Below, piece by piece: positions 31,491 through 40,680 of a stretch of 52,058 nt of DNA. Numbering within the stretch: position 1 is the stretch's first letter; each line of letters begins with the position of its first letter. The notes under the pieces are model-generated. The model was not told where the DNA came from, ran no database searches, and worked only from the letters and a program-made list of their open reading frames with translations. The position numbers were made by a program, and so were the translations under genes. The stretch lies in the sequence record SRR20825010_3505. One strand, 5' to 3'.

Positions 31491-31865
31491 ATGTCTTCCC
31501 AAAATCGACCGGTCGAATTGAATCCCTACGATTCGCCAATTCATTGCGATGGTGCGAAGCGGCTGACGCCGAGTCGACACCCATTACTCTTGCTGCTGGC
31601 AAGCATCTTCGGGGTAGCAAGCATTGGCCTCGCTCTGCTGGTTTTGATTGAGTCATTCAATATGGCACAGCGACAGGGCTACAATTTAGAAATTACCAAA
31701 GGGCTGACTGTCGCGGTTGGTTTCGCTTTGCTTGGCAGTTGTTGGGCGTGCTCGTGCTGGCTTTACTGGATACGGCGACCGCGGTTGGCCACCGCAATCA
31801 ATCTCGTTGCTTTGGGTTCTGGCGGTTTGTTCTGGACGCTTCTTGAACTCGGCGTTGTCCCTTGA
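31491..31865 (+). CDS. Small hypothetical membrane protein with NPYxSP motif
   Basis: ELNPYDSP near the N-terminus followed by three hydrophobic helices. Confidence 0.65.
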   Translation: MSSQNRPVELNPYDSPIHCDGAKRLTPSRHPLLLLLASIFGVASIGLALLVLIESFNMAQRQGYNLEITKGLTVAVGFALLGSCWACSCWLYWIRRPRLATAINLVALGSGGLFWTLLELGVVP

Positions 31866-32134
31866 ATTCGCATTCCAAACGCGATTTGCTTGTTTCGTTG
31901 GTTGCCAGGATGTGCTCGTAGCAATCAACGCAATCGGCAGTGCTCAAGCGCGAGGCGACGTGAAGCTTGCTGGATGATGTCTGATGGCAAACGAGGACGC
32001 CGTTTTAATTCTGTTGGCGCTGCTCGAGTTTGCAAATCGAAAACCGAAGGCCATTGCTCTGCTGTCTGCGATAGCCGACGGTGGCTGGTCAACTCCGGTT
32101 TGGTTTTTGAAGCATTCAACTTGGTATTTGTGTT

Positions 32135-32575
32135 ATGAGAACCCTGCGTTTGGATCCTGTACGTGGTACGACGCGGTCGCATCGTCAATGGCGATACCGG
32201 ATGCAGGTGCTTGGCACGGTGCTGATCTGGGCTCATCGAGCAAACGCTACCAAAGTTGATTTCTGCTCTGAGCGGAGCGAGCCGTTTCGCTATTTTGACC
32301 GAGCGTCCAATGAGGTTGACAGCGAGTTTGTGCAGCCACCCGAAGAATTGCGATCTGAACTGTCGGATGTGCTTTTTCTGAATGCAATTGATGGTTATCC
32401 GCTCGTCCGCCCGTTACGACGGTCACTACGGTGGAGCTTCGGTTGGTACACCACTGCCCTACTTCGCGTTCCTGACCTAGACAACCGACTCGAGTCTGAA
32501 TGGATGATGGTGGTAGATGGTAAACACGCAAAATTCGAACTGCTGACCACACGGCCATATGTTTCGGCTGGCTGA
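32135..32575 (+). CDS. Hypothetical protein
   Basis: 146-aa ATG ORF filling the gap before the convergent kinase gene. Confidence 0.45.
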   Translation: MRTLRLDPVRGTTRSHRQWRYRMQVLGTVLIWAHRANATKVDFCSERSEPFRYFDRASNEVDSEFVQPPEELRSELSDVLFLNAIDGYPLVRPLRRSLRWSFGWYTTALLRVPDLDNRLESEWMMVVDGKHAKFELLTTRPYVSAG

Positions 32576-32622
32576 ATGATAGGGCTCTTGAGGCCGGGCA
32601 GGTGGTTTGGTGGACATTGCAA

Positions 32623-35600
32623 TTAGCGAGCGACCAAGTAGGTGCCGGCAAAACGGTCGCTGAACAAACGGCGACGGCTTCGGTAAATCACGATCGCGAG
32701 ACAGACCGTGATTACGGTGCCGGCTGCTGAGAATCGTTGTACCGTTTCAATCGGCCAAAGAGCACTGACTTCGCCTCGCCAAGTCCAAAGCAATATCAGC
32801 ACACAGGCGGGAGTGAAACCTGTCGCAAACATGCGAATGAAGACTCGCAACCCGGAGGCGAGTTCGCCTCGTTTGTTGACGACCGCTAAGCCGAACAGTC
32901 GTAGGATCATTCCGCCTCGAAAGAGTAACCCGGTCACCATGCTTGGCACCCAAATCAGTTCCAACCACGTCAGGGTTGCCCAAAAAACACCGCCGCCGAG
33001 TCCGATGAACTCATTTCCTAGGCGAGGCAGTTCGTCATGAGATGATCGGATCTCTGCGACCAAGGCTTCTGCCGATTCGATTTCCGATTCACTAAGTTCG
33101 GGTAAGGCATCAATCTCGTTCAGCGTTGTTCGGTGCGCCGCGAACAAAATTTGACCATAGACCGATAGCATGACCTCGTCATCGTGTATCAGGTGTTCGT
33201 AGTTGGCTTTGGCGTACGTTTTCAAAGCGTTTAGACGCAACGTTTTGTCTGGTTGGCCTGCTCCGCGTTCTTGCGCTGTCAGCGCCAACACCTCCTGCAA
33301 CTCGCGTGCTTCGGGCATCGATGCCTCTTGTTGCTGGACGAGGACTGTCATCATCACGCTCGACAAAATCGTGAACATCGGCAACACAAGGGTTGCCGCG
33401 ATCATGCCAGCGACTCGATTGGAAACGCGGATTGGCCGTTTCGTGAGCAGGGCACTCAAAGTCTTCGTCACCGATGTGAGGGAAGCGGCATGCTGTAGTT
33501 CGCCAATCAATTTTGCTTCGGAAAGCGACATCGCGTGACTGCTGGATTGCGTCGTGCGATAGCGGTCGGCAAATAAGCTTGCGACGTTGGACAGCGTGCT
33601 TAACCAGGCGGAATCATCTGTGCTTTGCAGTTGTGTTGTCAGTTCAGCTGATGATTCCGGCTGCCTCACTTTTTCGCCTTCCGATGGATCGACCATTCCA
33701 AACGGCAGCAGTTTGACGTGGCCGGTTTGTGTCACCCACACTTGATTGATTGACAAAGATCTTGTTTGATCGTCCGCTTGCGAGCTGGCGGAAAACTCAT
33801 CTACAAGTTGTCGAAGCACGTTCTTGGCAGTCGACCACGAAAGTGATTTTGATTCTTCGTCGGCGATCGACCAACCTGAAAGGGCTTCAAAGGCGTCCCA
33901 GGTTTGCGTTGGTTCGGCTTGTCCACCAAGCCATCGCAGAACACAGGGGCGACTCGAGTTTTTTTGCATCAATGTCAGAGGCGACGCACCACTCGGTCGA
34001 ACGTGCAACCAGATTCGGCGAAGTAACGTGGTGTCGTACCCGAGCAACAGTTCCCCCTGGTCGGTCCGGCCAAGCGACTGTAGGACGTGGTAGGGGCCGA
34101 TCTTTTCCGTGCCGGATCCGCGATCGAATGATTCGCCAGCATCTGAACGTGGCTTTTCGATGACAATATTCATCTTTTCCACAACACGCGTTCCCGTAAT
34201 CAGGTCATGGATGGCCGCATTGCCATTGCGTGCTCGAGCGGTCAGGAACATGCCCGCCAAGATCAGGTAGTGAGACCAACCCAGCAGCAGTGCAACAGCA
34301 AACGTGCCGAAGGACGTGACAGGGCTGAATAGCACGTCGCCCAACGCATAACGACCGATGTGCCCTGGAAGAACTGGTGGAATCGTAAACAGCAACGAAC
34401 GCAAGGCTGCGGTTGCGAGCGTGGGACGACCACCTGCTTGGACGACCTGCATTCCCAAGAGTCGCTTGCCAAGCGTTTTCCCGTAGCGCCATTCGCTTAG
34501 TGCGAAATAGAAGAATTGGGTTGATATCCCAAACACAGATGCAATCACCGCACTGAACCCAGGAAACGGCTCGCCCTGGGCTACCGATGCTTGGCTTGAA
34601 AACAGGAACAAGCTGATCGGAGTCAACACGATTGCTAAGACGAGGTAGTCCAACACCGCCGCCAACGTGCGACTGCCCAGCGTTGCTGGTGTTGGTACTC
34701 GTGAACTCAGGGGTAGCAACGCCGTGCGTAGTTCGTCGTAGCTGGCGAAACGATCTCCCGGTGCTTTCTTCAAGCACTTGGCGATGACACGATCCAGTTC
34801 CGTATGGGCTTCCAGTCCAGAATCACGAAGCGATGGCGCCGCGTTGTCGAGCACACGAGCAAGCAGTTGCACCATGTTGTCAGCGGCGAATGGAACTTTT
34901 CCGGTCACCAAGTAGTACATTGTGACACCGATCGCGTAGATATCGCTGCGGTGATCAAGAGGTTCGCCGCGTAATTGTTCTGGCGAGGCATAGGCCGGCG
35001 TGCCTAGGAACGTGCCAACTTGTGTGATCTCAGTTTGCGTTTGGGCCAGTTCCGAGCCAGCCGGTAAATCACGCCCCACCGCGGTGATAGACAATCCAAA
35101 GTCGCCAATCTTGACGTGCCCATCTTCATCGACGAAGCAATTGTTTGGTTTGATATCGCGATGCAGGATGCCTGCATCATAGGCCGCGTCCATCCCGTCG
35201 ATGACCTGCAGGATCACATCAACGGCGGCTTTTGGTTGGAATGGACCGTTGGCTTTGACAAATTGGTGAAGTGTGCCGCCACGAACCAGTTCCATACTGA
35301 TCGTTGGTCGACCTTCGATCTCATCAGTTCCATAAACGTAAACGGTGTTGGGGTGATTGATCGATGCGGCCAGACGTCCTTCGCGAAGAAACCTGGCACG
35401 TGAGTCACGATCTTCGAGTGAGTGTCCCATCACCTTCAAGGCCACTCGTCGAGAGGTCGGTATGTGATCGGCTTCATAGACCACTCCCATGCCACCGTGC
35501 CCGAGTCGGCCCACGATTTGATAGTCACCAAATGCTTGGTCAGGGACTAGGTCGGGAAATTCAATGTCGTCGCTCGATCCGACACCGAGCACGACTGACT

Positions 35601-35757
35601 GGGTGACGTCGAGGGGGGAAGCAGCAACTTCGGACGGCGTTGGCTGCATCGCTAACCGCATCATGCAGGCGGGGCACGCCAATTGCCCTGCCGCCACTGT
35701 CAGTTCCTTGCCACATTGCGGACACCGGCCGCTGTAGTCGTCACGGTTGTTCATCAT
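32623..35757 (-). CDS. Membrane Ser/Thr protein kinase with RDD domain(s) and a degenerate second kinase-like segment
   Basis: N-terminal CPQC/CPAC; GHGGMGVVY, VALK, HRDIKPNN, DFG, GTPAYASPE; RDD motifs RTLAAVLD, GKTLGKRLLG and HDLITGTRVV. Confidence 0.92.
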   Translation of the reverse strand: MMNNRDDYSGRCPQCGKELTVAAGQLACPACMMRLAMQPTPSEVAASPLDVTQSVVLGVGSSDDIEFPDLVPDQAFGDYQIVGRLGHGGMGVVYEADHIPTSRRVALKVMGHSLEDRDSRARFLREGRLAASINHPNTVYVYGTDEIEGRPTISMELVRGGTLHQFVKANGPFQPKAAVDVILQVIDGMDAAYDAGILHRDIKPNNCFVDEDGHVKIGDFGLSITAVGRDLPAGSELAQTQTEITQVGTFLGTPAYASPEQLRGEPLDHRSDIYAIGVTMYYLVTGKVPFAADNMVQLLARVLDNAAPSLRDSGLEAHTELDRVIAKCLKKAPGDRFASYDELRTALLPLSSRVPTPATLGSRTLAAVLDYLVLAIVLTPISLFLFSSQASVAQGEPFPGFSAVIASVFGISTQFFYFALSEWRYGKTLGKRLLGMQVVQAGGRPTLATAALRSLLFTIPPVLPGHIGRYALGDVLFSPVTSFGTFAVALLLGWSHYLILAGMFLTARARNGNAAIHDLITGTRVVEKMNIVIEKPRSDAGESFDRGSGTEKIGPYHVLQSLGRTDQGELLLGYDTTLLRRIWLHVRPSGASPLTLMQKNSSRPCVLRWLGGQAEPTQTWDAFEALSGWSIADEESKSLSWSTAKNVLRQLVDEFSASSQADDQTRSLSINQVWVTQTGHVKLLPFGMVDPSEGEKVRQPESSAELTTQLQSTDDSAWLSTLSNVASLFADRYRTTQSSSHAMSLSEAKLIGELQHAASLTSVTKTLSALLTKRPIRVSNRVAGMIAATLVLPMFTILSSVMMTVLVQQQEASMPEARELQEVLALTAQERGAGQPDKTLRLNALKTYAKANYEHLIHDDEVMLSVYGQILFAAHRTTLNEIDALPELSESEIESAEALVAEIRSSHDELPRLGNEFIGLGGGVFWATLTWLELIWVPSMVTGLLFRGGMILRLFGLAVVNKRGELASGLRVFIRMFATGFTPACVLILLWTWRGEVSALWPIETVQRFSAAGTVITVCLAIVIYRSRRRLFSDRFAGTYLVAR

Positions 35758-35792
35758 CCAAACTCCTGTTGAAAAGGCTGGCTCAGGAGTTG

Positions 35793-35818
35793 GTAACGAA
35801 AAACGGACAGATGGTTAC
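35793..35818 (-). promoter_or_regulatory. Putative ECF-type promoter GTAAC-N15-CGTTAC upstream of the kinase gene
   Basis: Minus strand reads TGTAAC catctgtccgttttt CGTTAC, ending 36 nt upstream of ATG 35757; GGAG SD-like sequence follows. Confidence 0.5.
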
Positions 35819-35881
35819 AGTAAATTGGACGGTTTTCTTTGAGCGAGTCATTGAGGTTCTTCTATCGCTGAGGAACCAAAC

Positions 35882-36610
35882 CTAGGAGATTGCCTTCAAC
35901 AGCGTTTCTAGCTCATCGGTGACATCGTTCTCGTCTTCAACTGTCGCCGCCACGGCATGTCGCAATTGCTCGCGATACTCTCGCCGTAACCGATGGACAG
36001 CCACCTTCACGGCCCCGAGTGTCATGCCCAATTTACTAGCGGTCTCTTCGTATTTGACGTGACCACTTTCTAAACTCAGGTAAGTCGACAAAGCATCAAA
36101 TAACTCGGGTTTTCCACGGTCAGCGTACTTCCTCGAGAGCAAACTCAACGCTTCTTCCAGGACCGTGAGAGCCCAGCGGCGTTCAAACTCCGCTTCAGGT
36201 GATATCGCCGTAGCTGGTTCGGCAATAAGTGCGCCCTCCGCGTCTCGTACATCCAGGCTCAGCAAACGCCGGCCACCGCCTCGCCGTAAGGCATTGTCTC
36301 GCGCATGTTGGTTTCGCATGAAGTTTTGCAAGGAAGACAGCAGGAACGTGCGAAAACGTCCACGTTTCCGATCCGCAATCGAAAGGGCATCGCTCGAAAG
36401 AAGATGGACAAAAAACGCTTGAACGGAGTCCTCCGCGGCTTGCGTTGATTGACCACTTCTGCGAGCAAACCCATAGAGTGGACGCCAGTATCGTTGGCAC
36501 AGATCGCTTAGCAGATCGTTGTGTGACTTCCCAACCTGGTCGCCAGCTGCAAGCACCAAACTCCACTGCGTTGTTTCAAATCCAAAGTTCTTCTCGTTGG
36601 AATCGACCAT
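35882..36610 (-). CDS. ECF RNA polymerase sigma factor (kinase-associated type, FxTTxWSLV N-terminus)
   Basis: Sigma2: YWRPLYGFARR, AEDSVQAFF, RGRFRTFL. Sigma4: YEETASKLGMTLGAVKVAVHRLR. Directly upstream of the kinase. Confidence 0.92.
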   Translation of the reverse strand: MVDSNEKNFGFETTQWSLVLAAGDQVGKSHNDLLSDLCQRYWRPLYGFARRSGQSTQAAEDSVQAFFVHLLSSDALSIADRKRGRFRTFLLSSLQNFMRNQHARDNALRRGGGRRLLSLDVRDAEGALIAEPATAISPEAEFERRWALTVLEEALSLLSRKYADRGKPELFDALSTYLSLESGHVKYEETASKLGMTLGAVKVAVHRLRREYREQLRHAVAATVEDENDVTDELETLLKAIS

Positions 36611-36705
36611 TGATCAGACGTTTAGATCGAGTGATTGGCAGTTTGTGATGTTTCGCTCACTGCTAAGTTGACGTTCAGGCGGCTTCATGATCACCGACCC
36701 TTGGA

Positions 36706-37359
36706 TCAGCGAGTCGGGCGGTTGGCTTCGAGTTGTTTCTCGAGTTGTCGCATGCTGCGTGACAGCAGGACTCGGATGGAGACATCGGTTTTGCCGAGTT
36801 GTTCCGCGATCTGTTTGGTCGGCATGCCATCGACGTAGCGAAGCCGGATGACGTTTTGCTGCTCTTCACTCAGTTGACCGATCGCTTGGGACATCGCGTT
36901 GAGCCGAATGTTTTGGCTGACCACGGCACTGGGTGACGTCATGCTGGCGGCGAGCAGTTGTTCCATTCCCATCGCACCGTCATCGCTGCCTGACGCACCA
37001 CCGCCGTGGATCGATTGTTGCCGACCGGCATCGCGTCGTTTGGCATCGAAGTGAAATCGGTGGGCGTCGACCACGCGTCTGCGGGCGAGTTGTTGCAGCC
37101 ACTGCATCACCGAATACTGGTCCAGCGGTGCGGTCGGCAAACCCGAGATGGCGGCCGTTGCGATTTCTTGGATCAGGTCGTCGACTTCGACCAATGCCAA
37201 CAGGTGTTCGCCGGTGATGGATTTCACAAATCGAAACAGAGAATCGCGATTCTGAGCGATGTATTCGCCCAACGCGTCGACGTCTCGCTGGCGAATTTTC
37301 TGAATGAGCGGATCATCCGCTGGTGAGTTCGATGAGTCGATTGAGCTTTCGTCGTTCAT
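36706..37359 (-). CDS. ECF RNA polymerase sigma factor (planctomycete kinase-associated type)
   Basis: DDLIQE, WLQQLARRRVVDAHRFHF..KRRDAGRQ, TSPS, LSEEQQNVIRLRY..GMPTKQIAEQLGKT; start ATG 37359. Confidence 0.92.
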   Translation of the reverse strand: MNDESSIDSSNSPADDPLIQKIRQRDVDALGEYIAQNRDSLFRFVKSITGEHLLALVEVDDLIQEIATAAISGLPTAPLDQYSVMQWLQQLARRRVVDAHRFHFDAKRRDAGRQQSIHGGGASGSDDGAMGMEQLLAASMTSPSAVVSQNIRLNAMSQAIGQLSEEQQNVIRLRYVDGMPTKQIAEQLGKTDVSIRVLLSRSMRQLEKQLEANRPTR

Positions 37360-37488
37360 CGTGATAGCCGAAGAGGAACAAAGACGGTGCATGCCATCTT
37401 ACCGAGGTGCTCGCTATCATGGGCACGCCGCACCTTTTTCGTGTACCGTTTTCCTGTTCGACGAATCTCGAAACAAACGTCCTGTGTC

Positions 37489-39768
37489 ATGACGTCTCGA
37501 CAGTCAGCCCAACGTCGTGCATCGACCACCGCGGAGGATTCCACACTGGATCTGGACGAGATCTTGCTGGAGTGCCTGGAACGTTTGGCAGAGGACGAGG
37601 AGGGTGGAAATCCTCAGCGAGTTTGGGAGTTGCTTCCTGTTCGATTTCAAAACGATGCGGCAGCGGGCGATCGATCGGGCCGCTTCGTCTTGGTGGAAAT
37701 GGTGAAGATGAGCATGGCGATCGCGGTGCAGAATGAATGCCCGCGATGGTTGGATGATTACTTTGATGCCTTTCCCGAATGGTTTTCCCCTGAGTCGGCT
37801 CCGTTTGATTTGGTGATGGAAGAGATTCAACTTCGTCGCGAATGTGGGCAGACCCCAGAACATGCGCACTATCGAAACCGGTTCCCACATTTGGAACCCG
37901 TTTTGAAGCCACTGTTCGATCCATCGGGCGATCAACACGCGTCCATCGCGAAAACACCTCGTCGTGGGACGCCGACCGAGTTGGCGGTTGGAGCGGTGGT
38001 GGATGATTTTGAGATCATTCAAAAACTGGGTGAGGGTGCGTTCGCTCATGTGTATTTGGCTCGTCAGAATTCCATGTCGCGATTGGTCGCGTTGAAAGTC
38101 GCCAACGACACCGGGGACGAACCGCAAGCACTTGCCCAGTTCGACCATCCGAACATCGTGCGAGTGTTTGATCAGCGTCAGGTGGCGGTTCGTGATGATG
38201 AAGCGGCAGGTCGCTTGTCCGAGTTGTATTTGCTGTACATGCAATTTCATCCCGGTGGCACATTGGCGGACGTTGTCCGTTTGGCTCGTTCGGTTCCGCT
38301 TGTCCAACGCGACGGGGACATCTATTTGCGGGCGGTGGATCAAGCGTTGTTGGAATCGGCGCAGGTCGTGCCGGATCGCTCGACCACTCGAGCATGGTTG
38401 GTTGGATGCGAATGGCCCAAGGTGGTCGCTTGGGTTGGTTTGCAATTGGCAGACTCTTTGCATACCGCACACGAAGCCGGGGTGCTGCACCGCGATGTCA
38501 AACCGGCCAACGTTTTGTTGACCGCCGAAGGCTTGCCGCAGTTGGCGGATTTCAACGTGTCGATGGCGGGGACTGCCGGTCGCGCCGGTGCCGCATCCTC
38601 GTTGGGCGGTTCGGTCGGTTACATGGCTCCCGAGCATCTCGATGCGATGAGTATCACGCGGGACGGGCGTCCAGAAGATGTCGGTGAGGCCGCGGATTTG
38701 TATTCTTTGGCGGTTTTGCTGTGGGAACTATGGCAAGGGAAGCGACCGTTTGACTGTTCGCATGAGACTCATTCTTGGACGGAGTTGTTGGAAGAACAGC
38801 ATGCGGCGCGGAAACGCGAGTTGTTGGTTCCAGATCGGTTGGACACACCGTCGGAACGAGTTCTGGAGAGCGTGCTTCGATCCGCGTTGTCGGTGAATCC
38901 CGGGGATCGTCCGGAGAATGGCGCGGCGATGAGTGGTAGCCTGCGTTTGGCGATGCACCCAGAAGCCGCACGCTTGTTTGATCCAAAACTTGGCTCTTGG
39001 ATGCATATGCTGGGAAAGGTTTCACCATGGTGGCTGTCCGTTGTTTCAATCTTGCTGCCCAACATCGCGGCGGGATTTATCAACTACTTTTACAACCACA
39101 GCGAGATCATGCCGGCAGAGATGCGACCAAGCCTGGATGAATTCGCGATCTGGGTGAATTCAGTTGCGTTTCCGTTGGGAGTTGGATTGATCGTCGGCTA
39201 CACGCGTGCGTCCGCGAGAGCGTTGAAGGCAACTCGGCAGGGTGAATCCGTGGGAGAAGATGAGCTCAATTCCATGTTGCGGCTGGGTTACCGGGCCGCA
39301 TCGATTGGAGGTACGTGCTGGCTGATCGCGGGATTGGTTTATCCGCTGTTGTTGAAGGCGAGGTTTGATGAGTTCACCGATGGTCAGGCGGTTCACTTCT
39401 TCATCTCACTGCTGATTTGTGGTGGGGTGGCGATGGTGTACCCGCTGTTCGCGTTGAACGTGGTTGCGACTTGTGTGCACTATCCCAAGATGATTCGACA
39501 GACGATGCGGGATCCAAACTTCGAACGCCATTCGCAACAAATGATCGGCGATAGCGAATCGTTCTTGCTCATCGCCGCTGTCATCCCGTTGATGGGAGCT
39601 GCCTTGATGGTCTTCAGCGAAGGGCAGACGAAGGAGTATTTGCTGATTGCAATCATCGCTGGCATGATCGGTTTGCTCGGCGCGTTCGCAAGTTATCGCA
39701 TCATCGTTCGAACCTGGGCCGTTCTGTCGGAAGTGCTCTCCAACGAAACAACGGCCACGCCGCGTTGA
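37489..39768 (+). CDS. Membrane Ser/Thr protein kinase (DFN variant) with C-terminal multi-TM region
   Basis: GEGAFAHV, VALK, HRDVKPAN, DFN, GSVGYMAPE; N-terminal Y..RFP region; about six C-terminal hydrophobic helices; divergent from the ECF gene. Confidence 0.92.
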   Translation: MTSRQSAQRRASTTAEDSTLDLDEILLECLERLAEDEEGGNPQRVWELLPVRFQNDAAAGDRSGRFVLVEMVKMSMAIAVQNECPRWLDDYFDAFPEWFSPESAPFDLVMEEIQLRRECGQTPEHAHYRNRFPHLEPVLKPLFDPSGDQHASIAKTPRRGTPTELAVGAVVDDFEIIQKLGEGAFAHVYLARQNSMSRLVALKVANDTGDEPQALAQFDHPNIVRVFDQRQVAVRDDEAAGRLSELYLLYMQFHPGGTLADVVRLARSVPLVQRDGDIYLRAVDQALLESAQVVPDRSTTRAWLVGCEWPKVVAWVGLQLADSLHTAHEAGVLHRDVKPANVLLTAEGLPQLADFNVSMAGTAGRAGAASSLGGSVGYMAPEHLDAMSITRDGRPEDVGEAADLYSLAVLLWELWQGKRPFDCSHETHSWTELLEEQHAARKRELLVPDRLDTPSERVLESVLRSALSVNPGDRPENGAAMSGSLRLAMHPEAARLFDPKLGSWMHMLGKVSPWWLSVVSILLPNIAAGFINYFYNHSEIMPAEMRPSLDEFAIWVNSVAFPLGVGLIVGYTRASARALKATRQGESVGEDELNSMLRLGYRAASIGGTCWLIAGLVYPLLLKARFDEFTDGQAVHFFISLLICGGVAMVYPLFALNVVATCVHYPKMIRQTMRDPNFERHSQQMIGDSESFLLIAAVIPLMGAALMVFSEGQTKEYLLIAIIAGMIGLLGAFASYRIIVRTWAVLSEVLSNETTATPR

Positions 39769-39808
39769 GGCCTGGCCGTTGGTTCGATGAAGATGGTGTC
39801 GAGACGAA

Positions 39809-40522
39809 TCACTGCGAAAGGTTGTTGCCATTCGGTGTGATCTGCTCGATTGCTGAACGCAGCGGATCCTGAGGTGAAACCGCGGAAGCGGCGGGAGCCG
39901 GTTGCGTGATGCCACCGTTCTGTGGGGCGACATTGACGGCAGGTGCCGTGTTGGGTTGCACGGTTGGCTGCAACGTCGCCGATTCGGGAACGACTTCCGT
40001 GGTTGTTTCGACCGTGACCGACTCGACCGTTTCGATCGGCAAGGAATCCATCGAGAAGCATTTGCGATTGTTGAACTCGTTGCATTCGAAGAACTCATCC
40101 CAACTGTCGATGATCACGGTCAAGTGTTGCAGGCCGATGATCAGCCCGCCGCGATTGCCCATGGCGAGCGTCTCAATTGGCAGGGAGACTTCGACTTGGA
40201 GGGCTCCATTGGCGGGGATTTGTCCAGCGACCACGGTGGTGCGAGGTGAATGCGGCAACGCTTGGCCGAGTGAACCGATCGCGGTGACATGGAAGTCTTC
40301 GACGCAGCGATTGCTTTTGTTGGCGATCACGATCCCGAAGCGAGGGCCACAGGATTGATCCACGACAGGAAGTTGTTTGACCTCGACGATTTCCAAATCG
40401 CCGATGTCGTCGGGAGGAACGATGAAGCCTTGGCCTTGGCATGCGACGATGCCGATGGTCACAAAGGCGATGAACAGGATGGCCGTGTTGAGTGCCTTCA
40501 CGGAAAAGGATGTGCGATACAT
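39809..40522 (-). CDS. Secreted protein with CARDB-like Ig-fold domain and P/T/A-rich tail
   Basis: Start probably ATG 40522 (MYRTSF) with signal-like segment; GDLEIVEV...V.N...IIDSWDEFFECNEFNN matches the CARDB D...ExNExNN pattern. Confidence 0.7.
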   Translation of the reverse strand: MYRTSFSVKALNTAILFIAFVTIGIVACQGQGFIVPPDDIGDLEIVEVKQLPVVDQSCGPRFGIVIANKSNRCVEDFHVTAIGSLGQALPHSPRTTVVAGQIPANGALQVEVSLPIETLAMGNRGGLIIGLQHLTVIIDSWDEFFECNEFNNRKCFSMDSLPIETVESVTVETTTEVVPESATLQPTVQPNTAPAVNVAPQNGGITQPAPAASAVSPQDPLRSAIEQITPNGNNLSQ

Positions 40523-40680
40523 GAGATTGTGCCTCGTAGAGAATTTTGCAGATTCATGAAAAAGCCCGGCAATCCACTGTTGGGATGTACCGGGCATGCC
40601 GTGCGATGAGCGTGATGCGTTGTTTGGGTTCGATCACTCGGTGAAATGGATCACCCTGCTGCGAATCGCAGTGAAGTGGC

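Noticed and set aside
31984-32259. 91-aa ORF as a gene or frameshifted N-terminus of 32135..32575
   Set aside because: Overlaps the longer ORF by 125 nt, has no motif, and there is no evidence of a slippery site.
37504-38637. 377-aa minus-strand ORF
   Set aside because: Antisense to the kinase domain of 37489..39768.
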